The position numbers and the translations under genes are program-made. Positions 1 through 11,005 of a stretch of DNA of 64,000 nucleotides are shown here, piece after piece. How positions within the stretch are numbered: position 1 is the stretch's first letter; each line of letters begins with the position of its first letter. The notes below the pieces were generated by a model. That model saw only the letters and a program-made list of their open reading frames with translations. It did not search any database and had not been told where the DNA came from. Location of the stretch: positions 224,001-288,000 of the forward strand of contig CAWCTR010000007.1 in the NCBI GenBank assembly GCA_963798485.1. The letters are read 5' to 3'. The stretch is from an uncultured delta proteobacterium (GTDB lineage: Bacteria > Desulfobacterota > Desulfomonilia > UBA1062).

Positions 1-590
1 AATCGAATGGTATAACGGCACTGAATTTTGAACAGTTGGTAGACCTAACCATGATGGCCGTTTCCGAGAAAACCCCTGCCGGCCCCAGGCTTGGTTTCCT
101 TGGTGCCGGGGGAGGCACTTCGGTGCTCTTCACCGATTTCTCATCGCTTGCAGGCCTGCCGCTGCCCGAACTGTCGCAAGAAGCCCAGAGGCGCATCAGC
201 GAACGCATCAGCAATGTGAACACCAGCACCACCAATCCGGTTGATCTCGGGTTCTACGGTTTTGATTTCACCATTATGGCCGATACCATCGAGGCCATGG
301 CTGATGATGAGAACATCGATGCCATTATCCCCTACTTTTCTTTGGACTTCATCACGTCATTTCAGAAAGACCAGATCGAGAGCGGCCCGCACACCATCGT
401 AGAGGCCTGCCAAAAGATCGATAAGCCGGTCATCCCTGTCCTGTCGCAGTTTACCGAGAACATCCTCGACATTGAAGAGGTGCGCATCAGGATGTTCTCC
501 ATCTTCAGAGACGCGGGGCTTGCGGTTTACCGGACCCCGCAGGATGCCATCGACTCCATTAAAGGATACCTGAAATGGCGGTTGCGGTAG
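1..590 (+). CDS. Acyl-CoA synthetase (NDP-forming)/CoA-binding protein, C-terminal part (5' end outside window)
   Basis: Frame is open from the window edge; GAGGGTSV and NPVDL motifs of succinyl-CoA-synthetase-like ligase domains. Confidence 0.7.
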   Translation, partial: SNGITALNFEQLVDLTMMAVSEKTPAGPRLGFLGAGGGTSVLFTDFSSLAGLPLPELSQEAQRRISERISNVNTSTTNPVDLGFYGFDFTIMADTIEAMADDENIDAIIPYFSLDFITSFQKDQIESGPHTIVEACQKIDKPVIPVLSQFTENILDIEEVRIRMFSIFRDAGLAVYRTPQDAIDSIKGYLKWRLR

Positions 591-660
591 ATCGCGGCCT
601 TTGGTATGGGATTATCTGCCTGCGGGCACAGACAAGCCGGGGCATGATAAGAGGACTGCA

Positions 661-1599
661 ATGAACTACCTGGTGATGGGAGCAGGCGCCTTGGGGAGCG
701 TGTTCGGGGGGTTGCTCGCAGAACGCGGCCATGACGTGACCTTTGTGGGCGCAGACGACCACCTGCTGGCCATGCAGAAGCAGGGCCTGACCGTCACCGG
801 CATCTGGGGAGAGCACAGGATCGGCCCCGTAAAGGCATACTACGGCACCAAGGACCTCTCCGGGACCTATGACGTGGTCCTTCTGTCCGTGAAGTCCTAC
901 CACACCGCAGCGGTCATCACCCAGACACTGCCTTTTATCCACAAAGAATCTCTCATCTTTTCCATCCAGAACGGTCTTGGCAACTGGGAGGCCATCGCAC
1001 AGGCCGTGGGTTGGGAAAGGACCGTGGGGGCCCGCGTCATCTTCGGCGCCGAGATCGAGCGCCCGGGCACTGCCAGGGTGACGGTCTATGCCGACAAGGT
1101 GCTTTTAGGTTCGCCTTCCGGGACAGCCCCTGCCGGCATAATAGAAAAGGTCTGTGATCACTTCAACGATGCAGGAATCCCAACCGCACTCTGTGAGACG
1201 ATCACGTCCTTCCTGTGGGGCAAGGTGCTCTACAACTGTTCGCTGAACGCCCTGGGCGCCATCCTGAACGTGCCCTACGGCCGTTTACGAGAAACCCCCG
1301 AGGTCATGGAGACAATGCGCCGTATCATTGCCGAAATCTTTCTGGTTGCAGACTCCAAGGGGGTGAAGCTCCCCTATGAAAACGCTGGGGCCTATTATAA
1401 GGTCCTGACAGAGATGCAGCTCCCGCCCACGGCAACGCACCGCTCCTCCATGCTCCAGGACATGGCAAAGGGGGGCAGGCTTACCGAGATCGATGCGCTC
1501 AACGGCGCCATAAGCAGATACGGGCGCGAGCAGGGCATTCCCACACCGGTCAATGACGTGCTCACCGCCATCATCAAGGGTTTCCAGGTTTCTTCCTGA
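661..1599 (+). CDS. panE: 2-dehydropantoate 2-reductase (ketopantoate reductase)
   Basis: GAGALG Rossmann motif, VKSY, QNGLG, SSMLQD, TEIDALNG; SD GAGGA before ATG 661. Confidence 0.9.
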   Translation: MNYLVMGAGALGSVFGGLLAERGHDVTFVGADDHLLAMQKQGLTVTGIWGEHRIGPVKAYYGTKDLSGTYDVVLLSVKSYHTAAVITQTLPFIHKESLIFSIQNGLGNWEAIAQAVGWERTVGARVIFGAEIERPGTARVTVYADKVLLGSPSGTAPAGIIEKVCDHFNDAGIPTALCETITSFLWGKVLYNCSLNALGAILNVPYGRLRETPEVMETMRRIIAEIFLVADSKGVKLPYENAGAYYKVLTEMQLPPTATHRSSMLQDMAKGGRLTEIDALNGAISRYGREQGIPTPVNDVLTAIIKGFQVSS

Positions 1600-1604
1600 A
1601 TATA

Positions 1605-2923
1605 TCAAGACAGCTTGAGCGAACTCTTGATCTCCTGATACTGCTCATAGGTGAACGCGTCCGATCTGCATGGCAGGAGGGTGTTGTTCTGGTACAGGGG
1701 TTCTTCTTCTATAGGATACCGGCTTGACCTTTTCGCCTCCTCCCACTCGTGTGTGTGGGGTATGGGTGAGTACTCGGACAGCCTCGGCCTTCCACCGTTT
1801 TCCTTGACAAAGCGCACCGCATCCATCACCTCTGAAGCCCCCTGGCCCGGCAGACCGCACAGGATATAGACACCGACCTCATCAGTGCTATACCCTGCCT
1901 TATGGAGGTTCTCCATGGCATCAATAAACTCGGAGTTTGTCACCTTGCCCCCGGTCCGGTGCTGCCTCGATGGGTCTGAAGTTTCCAGGCCGAGCCTGAT
2001 GGTGGCAAAGCCCGCCTGTCTCATGAGCATGGCTGTCTCCCGGGTGATCTCGCGGGCATGGAGACCGTTGGGGCAGTGGAAGCTTACAGAGAGGTCTCTG
2101 GATATGATCTCTTTGAGGATTCTTGTTGCATGAGGCCTTGGAGTCAACAGGGCATCATCGTAGAAGGCAAAGTCCTGCACGCCGTGATCGCTTCTCCAGA
2201 ATTCGATCTCATGGGCCACCTTCACCGGATCTCTGCGCTCTGAGAACCGCAGAGGTAATGTGAAGCGCAGTAGGTGCAGTGATACGGGCACCCCCTCGAG
2301 GTCCGGATGCTGACAGAGTGCAGGTCGCCCATGAGGTCAAAGCACGGGTAGGGGAGCGTATCAAGATTGTCCGTGTTCGGGAGATCCTCTAAGGGTATGC
2401 CCCACATCGCGCTGAGAAGCCTAAGGATTTCCGTCTCCCCTTCGTGGGTTATGATATGGTCCGCCCTAGAGTATTTCCGGGCATGAGCGGTGCAGAGCGT
2501 GGCATATACGCCACCCAAGATCACGGGCACGCCCGGGAGGCGCTCCTTGATCATCCGGATGGCCTCGAAGACCCCGGGATACCAGTAGGTCATCATTGAG
2601 GTGACAAGCACCGCATCAGGCCGGGCGATTTTATTAAGCTCATCGATAAATACCCCTGGTGTGATGCCGTACCTGGCATAGTACCTTGGGACCATTTGAA
2701 GGGCGGGGGGTTTGGGGATGATCTCTCTGGGGAACCTCCCATGCCCGCCTTGTTTCTTCACATCACCAGGAGCTGTTCTCAGGCAGTCAATGAGATCCAC
2801 CCTGCAGCCGTATTCCCTTAGCAGCGCTCCGATATAGAGAAGCCCCAGGGGCTTTACCCACAGGTCATAGGCGGCAAAGTCATAGATCCAGGGATTGACG
2901 AGAAGGATCTTTCTGCCATTCAT
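1605..2923 (-). pseudogene. B12-binding radical SAM protein, frameshifted near 2240-2255
   Basis: N-half has the B12-binding domain and RGCPYHCTYC; the C-half (FYDDALL, PNGLH, RLGLET) continues in another frame. Confidence 0.7.
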
Positions 2924-3034
2924 CCGGTGCTTTCCTTTCCCTGCACGAACTTTCTGCATAGAGGCCGATCATACAGGTATTATTCAATAATAATGTGCAT
3001 ATCAGGGTATGCACCCGGATCGATCCTTATGGCC

Positions 3035-4183
3035 TCATGTCATGAGGTAGCTGCCGATGATGAGCTTCTGGATCTCACTTGTTCCGGCACCGATGGCATA
3101 GGCCCTGCCGTCCCGCAGGAACCGCTCCAGGGGGAACTCCTTCATGTAGCCATATCCGCCATGTATCTGCAGGGCATCCGAGGTGATGCGATTTACCATC
3201 TCGCAGGCATAGAGCTTGACCTGGGCAGCAAGCATCCTGGTCTGTCTCTTATTCCCTTTATCGAGGCTCACAAGACCCTTGTATGCAAGCAGCCTTGCCG
3301 CATCGATCTCGGTAAGCATATTTGCCAGCTTATCCTGGATCATCTGGAAGGATATGATGGGCTCTTTGAACTGCCGGCGCTCTTTGGCATACTTGTGTGC
3401 AGCATCAAACGCTGCCTGGGCGATGCCGATGGCCTGGCAGCTCCAGAGGATGCGTTCTACATCAAGGCCGGAAAACATGACGGCCAGACCTGTTCCCTCG
3501 ACACCCCCCAGCAGGTTTTCCTCCGGCACCCGGCACTCTTCAAGTATGATCTCACCGGTGGGGGACGATCGAAGGCCCATCTTTGAAAGGCTCTTGCCCC
3601 GAGTATAGCCGGGAAATGCCTTTTCAACAATGAAGGCGCTCAGCCCCTTCGGCCCCAGGGCAGGGTCGGTGGTGGCATAGATGAGTGCAACATCTGCGAT
3701 AGGGGCATTGGAAATGAACATCTTGCTCCCATTGAGTACATACTCCCTGCCTTCCTTACGGGCCCTGGTCCGGATGGACAGGGCATCCGAGCCCGCCTCG
3801 GGCTCGGTAATACCCATGCAACCCCTCATCTTGCCGGATGCAAGCTGGGGTAGGTAATTCTCCTTCTGCCCCTGCGTACCGTTTCTCTCGATATTGTTGC
3901 CGCACAGGACTGAATGGGCCCCAAAGACAACAGCAACGCCGGGATCGATCTTGCTTACCTCTTCTGCCATGATACCGAGCGAAACATAATCACTAAAACT
4001 TCCACCGTATTCCGGGCTGATACCCATGCCGACAAATCCCAGTTCCTTGCCTTTTTGCCAAAGGACCTCATCAAAGGTTTCATCCCTGTCCATGGCAGCA
4101 ACCTTCGGCCCAATCTCTTGGATGGCAAAACGCCTCACAGAATCCCTGAGGATCTGGTGGTGCTCGGAAAGATCGAAATCCAT
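3035..4183 (-). CDS. Acyl-CoA dehydrogenase (isovaleryl-CoA dehydrogenase-like)
   Basis: ITEPEAGSD, NGSKMFISN, QIHGGYGY, IGAGTSEIQ motifs. Confidence 0.9.
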   Translation of the reverse strand: MDFDLSEHHQILRDSVRRFAIQEIGPKVAAMDRDETFDEVLWQKGKELGFVGMGISPEYGGSFSDYVSLGIMAEEVSKIDPGVAVVFGAHSVLCGNNIERNGTQGQKENYLPQLASGKMRGCMGITEPEAGSDALSIRTRARKEGREYVLNGSKMFISNAPIADVALIYATTDPALGPKGLSAFIVEKAFPGYTRGKSLSKMGLRSSPTGEIILEECRVPEENLLGGVEGTGLAVMFSGLDVERILWSCQAIGIAQAAFDAAHKYAKERRQFKEPIISFQMIQDKLANMLTEIDAARLLAYKGLVSLDKGNKRQTRMLAAQVKLYACEMVNRITSDALQIHGGYGYMKEFPLERFLRDGRAYAIGAGTSEIQKLIIGSYLMT

Positions 4184-4387
4184 TACCCCCCCCTTTCAAA
4201 CGGATGCATGTGTTTTTCATAAACCGGTGATCATTCCAAAGATGAACAATTTCTTAACAGTATTATATAGCAAGGCGGATAATCGTACCATCCCTGTTAT
4301 GATAAGGCAGAAAGAATACTCCTCATGAGGGTCCGAACTGAAACGCAATAAAGGAGCGCAACGGTAATCGATACACGGGATATGGCC

Positions 4388-4416
4388 TTGACAGGGCTGT
4401 GCCTACAATGTATTTT
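4388..4416 (+). promoter_or_regulatory. Sigma70-type promoter of the PilZ gene
   Basis: TTGACA-N17-TATTTT, 8 nt before ATG 4425. Confidence 0.55.
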
Positions 4417-4424
4417 TGATCACC

Positions 4425-4772
4425 ATGCACAGCAAAAAAGAAAAACGGATACATGAACGGGTCCCCTTTCCGGAGGTAAAAGGCTCCATAGAGTTCAGCG
4501 AGACCGTAAAGACCATCACCGTTGTCAATGCGAGCGTTGAGGGCGTGTGTATATCAGGGGCGCATATACAGGTGGGTTCAGTGGTGAGGCTTGCCATAGA
4601 CGATCTCCATGACATTGGAGATATATCACTGTACTGCAAGGTGGTATGGGCTGTTGAAAAGGAAAAGTGCTCCGGATTGTCATTCCTGAACACAAATAAA
4701 GTCCTCTTTAAAAAAGACCTCCTTTCCTTTAACAGGCTGCTGGAAATAATGCATGCCCTGGAGCAGGCCTGA
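4425..4772 (+). CDS. PilZ domain protein
   Basis: RxxxR (RIHER) and NxSxxG (NASVEG) motifs. Confidence 0.8.
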   Translation: MHSKKEKRIHERVPFPEVKGSIEFSETVKTITVVNASVEGVCISGAHIQVGSVVRLAIDDLHDIGDISLYCKVVWAVEKEKCSGLSFLNTNKVLFKKDLLSFNRLLEIMHALEQA

Positions 4773-4777
4773 TCTGT

Positions 4778-5791
4778 TCATCCACCTATATCGGACATCT
4801 TTGACCGAGGCATTGACTGAACCATGTCCAAGCCCCGGCATACACCATGTGAAGGCGGCTTTTTCTTTACCCCTTCTTCAATAAGACCTTCCAAGGCTTC
4901 ATCCGATATTCCTCCACGCATCGGCGTGAGAAGGTCGATCTCGTTTTCGGAAAAAAGACACGGCCTTAATCTTCCCCTGGCCGTGATGCGGATGCGGTTG
5001 CATGCCCTGCAGAAATCACGTTCACTTAAAGAACCGATTATGCCTATGCTCCCTTTTGCCCCTGGTATTTTATAGGCTTTTGCAGGGCCAAGTCCGGCCT
5101 TGAGTTGTTCCATCGGTCCATACACACTCTCTATGGAATCCTTGATCTCAATGGCGCCGATGCCTTCATTCTCAGGATATTTGGTGATGCACCCGATAGG
5201 CATGAGTTCGATAAAACGCACCTCAATGGGTAATGTTACGGTGAGCCTGGCAAAATCAGGGATCTCGCTGTCATTGAATCCGCGGATAGCCACTACATTG
5301 ACCTTAACCGGGATCAAGCCATGCTCATGCGCTGCACAGATGCCCCTGATGACCTCATCGATGGCATCAACATGCGTGATGTAGGCGAATTTATTTCTAT
5401 CAAGGGTGTCCAGGCTCACATTGACCCGTTTAAGCCCTGCCTCTCTCAACTTTTGTGCCATGGACTCCAGGAGAATGCCATTCGTGGTGAGAGATATATC
5501 CTTAAGCCCTGCCATCCCGCTCGCATGCTTGATGAAACCGATTATGCCCCTGCGGAGCAGGGGCTCGCCGCCTGTTATTCGCACCTTTGCAACACCACGC
5601 ATGATGCATATATTCAAGATGCGATAGAGCTCCTCATAGGTAATGATCTTTTCATGGGGGACCCACTCTACGCCGGACTCGGGCATGCAGTACCTGCACC
5701 TCAGGTTGCACCGGTCGGTGACTGAGATCCTTATATAATTAATGCGCCTTCCATATAGATCTTCAAGGGGCGTCACCAGGTTCGCCTCCAT
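4778..5791 (-). CDS. moaA: GTP 3',8-cyclase (molybdenum cofactor biosynthesis)
   Basis: RISVTDRCNLRCRYC, FCRACNRIR, C-terminal MSDIGG. Confidence 0.95.
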   Translation of the reverse strand: MEANLVTPLEDLYGRRINYIRISVTDRCNLRCRYCMPESGVEWVPHEKIITYEELYRILNICIMRGVAKVRITGGEPLLRRGIIGFIKHASGMAGLKDISLTTNGILLESMAQKLREAGLKRVNVSLDTLDRNKFAYITHVDAIDEVIRGICAAHEHGLIPVKVNVVAIRGFNDSEIPDFARLTVTLPIEVRFIELMPIGCITKYPENEGIGAIEIKDSIESVYGPMEQLKAGLGPAKAYKIPGAKGSIGIIGSLSERDFCRACNRIRITARGRLRPCLFSENEIDLLTPMRGGISDEALEGLIEEGVKKKPPSHGVCRGLDMVQSMPRSKMSDIGG

Positions 5792-5927
5792 ATTCAGGTT
5801 ATTTAAGCCACCCCTTATGTTTCAAGAACATTTCCTTCAAGCGTAGGACATAGTTGTACCGTAGGGTATCCGGCCGATAGCTGCGAGCATATATTGTGAA
5901 CTCATGAAGGCGTCTCAATCTGAGCGA

Positions 5928-6908
5928 TCACACGGAATAACCCTTGATGCTTTTCGTAGTCGTACCACCCTGCTCAATCTTGTCTACCAGACGCTCAAGG
6001 AGGAGGCGGGTCTTCCGCTGCTCATCCAGGATGTCCTGGAAGGTCTTCTCAAGGTTCTTGCCCGGGGCTTCACCATTAAAAGATACGGCCCTTACCACCT
6101 TGGGTTTTGTCCCCTTCATGATCATGTGAATGAGCCGCGGCCAGAGCCTTTCAACATCAGCGCCTACGCCCTTCTGCCCGAGCATGGTCAGCGCAATGAC
6201 CCGGTAGCACCGGGCAATATCCGAGGTGGGAAACCTCACGACGGCAGGGACTTGGTCGGTTACCGCCCGTACGAGCTTGTCATCGGAATAGATGCTCCCG
6301 AGGTACTCCACCTGAATATCGAGGAACCTCTGGGTGGCGGACGATATCTTCTTGTAGAGGTTATGCCCTGCCGTAGAGTTCTTGACCATACTTGCAAACA
6401 TGGAGATCCTGCCGTCATAGCCGTTGCGCTTGAGGACCTTGATGAGGGCATAGGCGTCTGTGAGGCTCGTAGGCTCATCGGCCACCCCGACGACGACTTC
6501 CGGTACTGCCATGAGGAACGATACCACACCACTTGAAATGCCCGATGAGGTATCTATCAGAAGAAAATCGGTGCCTTGGGATATCTCTCTGACCGCCTCC
6601 AGGAGATTCCCGATCTCTTCTTTACCGAGGTCCGCAATGTCCTGGGTGCCCGAGGCGCCGGGGATCAGCCCGATGCGATAATCGGTCTTGATAAGGATGT
6701 CCTTTAATCGCGCCCTTCCCAGGACTACGTCTTCGAGGGTCTTGTGAGATCTGACACCCAGAAGGACATCGAGATTTGCCAACCCCAGGTCGGCATCGAG
6801 GACCAGGACATTTGATTCCATTGCAGCCAGAGAGATGCCCACATTCAGCACGAAATTACTCTTGCCGACCCCGCCCTTGCCCGATGTTACAGCGATTACC
6901 CGCGTCAT
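5928..6908 (-). CDS. flhG: FlhG/FleN-like MinD/ParA ATPase with C-terminal extension
   Basis: VTSGKGGVGKS, DADLGLAN, EPTSLTDAYALIK. Confidence 0.75.
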   Translation of the reverse strand: MTRVIAVTSGKGGVGKSNFVLNVGISLAAMESNVLVLDADLGLANLDVLLGVRSHKTLEDVVLGRARLKDILIKTDYRIGLIPGASGTQDIADLGKEEIGNLLEAVREISQGTDFLLIDTSSGISSGVVSFLMAVPEVVVGVADEPTSLTDAYALIKVLKRNGYDGRISMFASMVKNSTAGHNLYKKISSATQRFLDIQVEYLGSIYSDDKLVRAVTDQVPAVVRFPTSDIARCYRVIALTMLGQKGVGADVERLWPRLIHMIMKGTKPKVVRAVSFNGEAPGKNLEKTFQDILDEQRKTRLLLERLVDKIEQGGTTTKSIKGYSV

Positions 6909-7015
6909 GGATCTTTCCCTCTTGATATTTCCTTGCAATATGTGTGCACGATTCAAACCTTCATATTAGGCTGCTTTATTGGGAAAGAAAAGGGGAAAAC
7001 GGCAAATATTTTCCC

Positions 7016-10000
7016 TTAATGAAGAATTGTTTTGTCCTGTATCTCATCCAGGACCATTGAAACCACCTTGCTGACCCCGGGTACATCAAAGGTTATGCCA
7101 TAGAGTATATCCGCCGTCTCCATAGTATGCCTGTTATGGGTGACAATGAGAAACTGTGAGTCATTTGAAAAAGACCTGATAAGCCGATTGAGCCGGATAA
7201 CATTGGCGTCATCCAGCGGCGCATCCACCTCATCAAGGATGCAGAATGGCGATGGGTTTACCTTGAACAGTGCAAATATGAAGCTGATGGCACACAGGGT
7301 CTTTTCTCCCTCGGACAGGAGACTTATGGCCCTAAGCCGCTTGAAGGGAGGTGAGGCAAAGATCACGATGCCCGCCTCTATCTCGTCTCCCTCATCCAGA
7401 ACAAGGTCGGCCTTTCCTCCACCGAACATGGCAGTGAAGATCTCATGAAAGTTCTCCTTCACCTTGACAAAGGTAGCATTGAAGGATTTTATGCTCTGGC
7501 GTTCAATATTTGAGATCACCTCTTTCAGCCGGGTGCTTGCCCTTACGATGTCCTCATATTGCCGGTGAAGATCTTCCCATCTCTGCTGGGTCTGCTCGAA
7601 GGCCTCCAGAGAGGCAAAGTTGATCTGCCCCATCTTCTCTATGCGCTCCTCAAGCTCGCCGGCCCTTTGCCGCGCCTGCAGGGCATCAAAGTTCTCCGGG
7701 ATCTCGGGGATGCCCTTACCGAACCTGCCCTCCATCCGTTCAAGGTTCATGGCATATGCAATCTCGAATTCTTTATTCTTCAGGAGCATTTCAGAGCGCG
7801 ATTTCTCAGCCTCATCAATGGCGGTCCGCTGTGTTTTCCCCTCTTCCTGCGCTGCCCTTAAAAGGGCAATCGCCTTTTCATATTCGGGCATGAGGGCGGT
7901 ATAGGATTTTTTCAGGCTCAGGGTGGAACCTTGAGCGCTGAGCAGTTGCCTTTCTGAGTCCTCCATGGACTGCTCCACCGCGAGCCTGGTTTGCATGATC
8001 TCGTCGAGCCTGGCCTGGTCTTTTATAATGGATTCTTTTCTCTTTTCAAGGGACTCCTCGAATGCCCTGATGGCCGAAGACTTCTCTGCATAAAGCACCT
8101 TCAGATCATTGGACCTTTCGCGGATCGACTCTATATTTTCCTGCGATTGGGTTAGCCCCTGCCTGGATGCGAGCTTTCTTTCATCCATCTCCTTGAGCGC
8201 ATCCTCGCGCCTTGTCCGTTCACCTTCAAGGGCCGCCTTGTCCTCGCCCAGTGAAGCAGCCTGTATAGTAAGCCTGACTTCAAGCTCATTCATCTGGGCA
8301 AGGTCGGTCTCATAGGTGCGCTGCTGTTCGAAGATCCTCTCCTTCTGGGCCAGGATATGCACTTTTTTCTCCTCAAAGGCCGCCCCTTCGCGCTCGAGTG
8401 CGATTAATGCAGCGCTAGCATCATCGTGGCGGGCCGTAAGCTCGACAAGCCCCTGCCTGGCCTGCCGGAGTAAAAGACTCTCCTGTTCGATATCCGTCGT
8501 AACGGCTTTCTCACGTTCGGCAAGATCCTTCATCTCCGCCTTTGCCTTGAGCACATCGGCATATTTCGTGTGTTCCTGCGTGGTCCTGATAATGCCGGTG
8601 GGTTCCAGGATCATACCGTCCATGGACACAAATCTGCACGACCTGTGTCCCTGTTTCCACAACTTAAGTGCTGTCTCAAGGCCTTCAACCACCCACATGT
8701 TCTGGGAAAGGGCATGCACAATATCGGCATAGCCGTCATGGGCATCGATGAACTCCTTGAGTTGACCCAGCACACCCATGGCCCCCGCTACAGCGTCCTG
8801 GCTGTGCTTTTCGATATGTGGCCGCTCAATGACAAACCCGGGGCCTTTTGTCTGGAAGTCATGAAGTGAGACTATCTCCTCATGGTCACGGAAGATCAGG
8901 AAGTCCAAGGCATTGCCCATGGACCTGCCGACTGCCTCCTCGTAGCCTGCCCGGACACTGAGCAGGTCAGAGACCTTCTTCCTGCCGTTTGCATGTGTTT
9001 CATCAGGGCCTTGCGATGCTGAGGGTTCAGCGTCGATGATCCTGCCGAGCACCGAGAGCTTGGCCAGGATCTCTGCATGGGTCTTTTCCTGTCCGATCAG
9101 TCTGTGCGTGCCCGCCTCAATTCCGGCCCTGGCGGCCTCCATTTCAGCGGCCCTTTCCTCGATCCGACCCTGTATCGGCGGCATGGACTGGTTTATCCGG
9201 GAAACCTCCGCCTCAAGACCGGTAAGCTCCCGAGACAACGTCTCGGCGGAATCGACAGATGAGGAAAGATCCTGCTCTCGTCTTTTAATGGTTGCATGAA
9301 CCTCCTTGATACGGCCCTGCACCTCCATGATGCGCTGGTCAATGGAACGCACCTCTGAAATGGCCTCAAAAAGTCCGTTCCTCTTTTCATTGTAGAGTCT
9401 TTCAAGGGCGTCGTATTCCTGTACAAATTCATCGTGCCGTATCTGCTGCCCTGCAAGGTGGGTCTGCGCACCCTCCATTTCATCCTTAAGGGTTAACAGC
9501 TCCTGCCTGAGCGTGGCAGCCTTTGCCTCTTCTTCATCAATATACCTGCGTGCCTCGGCCATGTTCTGGCTGAGCATGCCCATGGTGGCGGAACTGTCTT
9601 TTAACCGGCCCTGGAATCCCTCGATCTCACGGGCTGCCAATAACTGCCTTGACTCGGCATCGCTCAAGGATGAGGCCAAGGCCTCTAACTCGCCCTTGAG
9701 ACGGGTGCTCTCGGACTCATACACACCCAGTCTTTCCATCAGTTCCGAGCTGGCCTCTTCCATCCGGCTTAATCCGGCCTCGATACCCGTGAGCTGCGTC
9801 TCATAAGCCCCCTTAAGCATGGCAATATCCTTGAGTTCGCATGCGGACAGGAGCCTGGAGATCTCATTGACCTCGTTGCGCAGGTCTTGATATCTCCTTG
9901 CCTTGTTGGCCTGTGTTTTAAGGTCGTTCCTCTGCCTTGTAACCTCGCCTAAGAGGTCGTTTATGCGCTCAAGGTTCTTGGATGTGGCCTCCAGCCGTCT

Positions 10001-10543
10001 CAATGCCTCAGTGCGTTTTATGCGGAACTTGCCCACCTCGGCGGCCTCTTCGATGAGGTAGCGGATCTCTTCGGGTTTGGACTGGATGATGTCCTTGACC
10101 TTGCCCTGCTCGATAATGGCATAGCCGCTCTTGTGCAGTCCTGTGTCCAAGAACAGGTCTGTTATGTCCTTGAGGCGGCACTTGACATTATTGATGAGGT
10201 ACTCGCTCTCGCCTGTTCGGAAAAGCCGCCTCGTGATGGCGACCTGTTCAAACCCCTCCAGGGTCTTGGGGAAATGGCCCCCGTCCTTGATGAACTCCAG
10301 TGTTACACTGGCCATGGAGCTGGGGCCCACATCCTGGGTCCCTGAAAAGATCACGTCATTCATGGATGAGGCCCGCAAGGACTTGGCCGACTGTTCGCCA
10401 AGCGCCCACCTGGCCGCATCGATGATGTTGCTCTTGCCGCACCCGTTGGGCCCTGCAATGCAGGTCACCCCGCCGGAGATGGCAAGGGATATCTTCTTCG
10501 CTATGGACTTGAACCCTTTGATCTCGACCCTGGATAATTTCAC
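7016..10543 (-). CDS. smc: Chromosome segregation protein SMC
   Basis: GFKS, GPNGCGKSN Walker A, long coiled coils, hinge, FCILDEVDAPLD; GTG start inferred. Confidence 0.93.
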   Translation of the reverse strand: MKLSRVEIKGFKSIAKKISLAISGGVTCIAGPNGCGKSNIIDAARWALGEQSAKSLRASSMNDVIFSGTQDVGPSSMASVTLEFIKDGGHFPKTLEGFEQVAITRRLFRTGESEYLINNVKCRLKDITDLFLDTGLHKSGYAIIEQGKVKDIIQSKPEEIRYLIEEAAEVGKFRIKRTEALRRLEATSKNLERINDLLGEVTRQRNDLKTQANKARRYQDLRNEVNEISRLLSACELKDIAMLKGAYETQLTGIEAGLSRMEEASSELMERLGVYESESTRLKGELEALASSLSDAESRQLLAAREIEGFQGRLKDSSATMGMLSQNMAEARRYIDEEEAKAATLRQELLTLKDEMEGAQTHLAGQQIRHDEFVQEYDALERLYNEKRNGLFEAISEVRSIDQRIMEVQGRIKEVHATIKRREQDLSSSVDSAETLSRELTGLEAEVSRINQSMPPIQGRIEERAAEMEAARAGIEAGTHRLIGQEKTHAEILAKLSVLGRIIDAEPSASQGPDETHANGRKKVSDLLSVRAGYEEAVGRSMGNALDFLIFRDHEEIVSLHDFQTKGPGFVIERPHIEKHSQDAVAGAMGVLGQLKEFIDAHDGYADIVHALSQNMWVVEGLETALKLWKQGHRSCRFVSMDGMILEPTGIIRTTQEHTKYADVLKAKAEMKDLAEREKAVTTDIEQESLLLRQARQGLVELTARHDDASAALIALEREGAAFEEKKVHILAQKERIFEQQRTYETDLAQMNELEVRLTIQAASLGEDKAALEGERTRREDALKEMDERKLASRQGLTQSQENIESIRERSNDLKVLYAEKSSAIRAFEESLEKRKESIIKDQARLDEIMQTRLAVEQSMEDSERQLLSAQGSTLSLKKSYTALMPEYEKAIALLRAAQEEGKTQRTAIDEAEKSRSEMLLKNKEFEIAYAMNLERMEGRFGKGIPEIPENFDALQARQRAGELEERIEKMGQINFASLEAFEQTQQRWEDLHRQYEDIVRASTRLKEVISNIERQSIKSFNATFVKVKENFHEIFTAMFGGGKADLVLDEGDEIEAGIVIFASPPFKRLRAISLLSEGEKTLCAISFIFALFKVNPSPFCILDEVDAPLDDANVIRLNRLIRSFSNDSQFLIVTHNRHTMETADILYGITFDVPGVSKVVSMVLDEIQDKTILH

Positions 10544-10696
10544 ACCCCAAGGTTTAGCAGAGCTTGATTCCCGCTGCAAGCATCCGTATGGACCGCAGTC
10601 CTTAAACATGCTTAAACGTAAGGAAAATCCCTTGCATTCTCCCCATGAAACCTGCAAAAAGGGAAATGAGTACACATGGAGGAGGGAGAAGGGTCT

Positions 10697-11005
10697 ATGT
10701 ATATCCTCGGCAATATTCTCATCGGCTTGGGCAATGTCCTTGATATCCTCCTGAGCATCTACATGTGGATCGTCATCATCGGCGCGCTCATCTCATGGGT
10801 AAATCCCGATCCATACAATCCAATCGTCCGGTTTCTGCGTGGCGCCACCTATCCTCTTTTTTCGTGGCTTCGCAGGCGCCTTCCCCTTGTGCAAGGCGGA
10901 ATCGATCTCTCGCCCATCATCATCATTGCCGGCATCGTCTTCCTCAAGTATGCCCTGGCCAGGACTATCATCGAGACCGGGTATAGGCTGAAAGGGGGTC
11001 TTTAG
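10697..11005 (+). CDS. yggT: YggT family membrane protein
   Basis: ISWVNPDPYNPIVRFL, GIDLSP. Confidence 0.9.
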   Translation: MYILGNILIGLGNVLDILLSIYMWIVIIGALISWVNPDPYNPIVRFLRGATYPLFSWLRRRLPLVQGGIDLSPIIIIAGIVFLKYALARTIIETGYRLKGGL

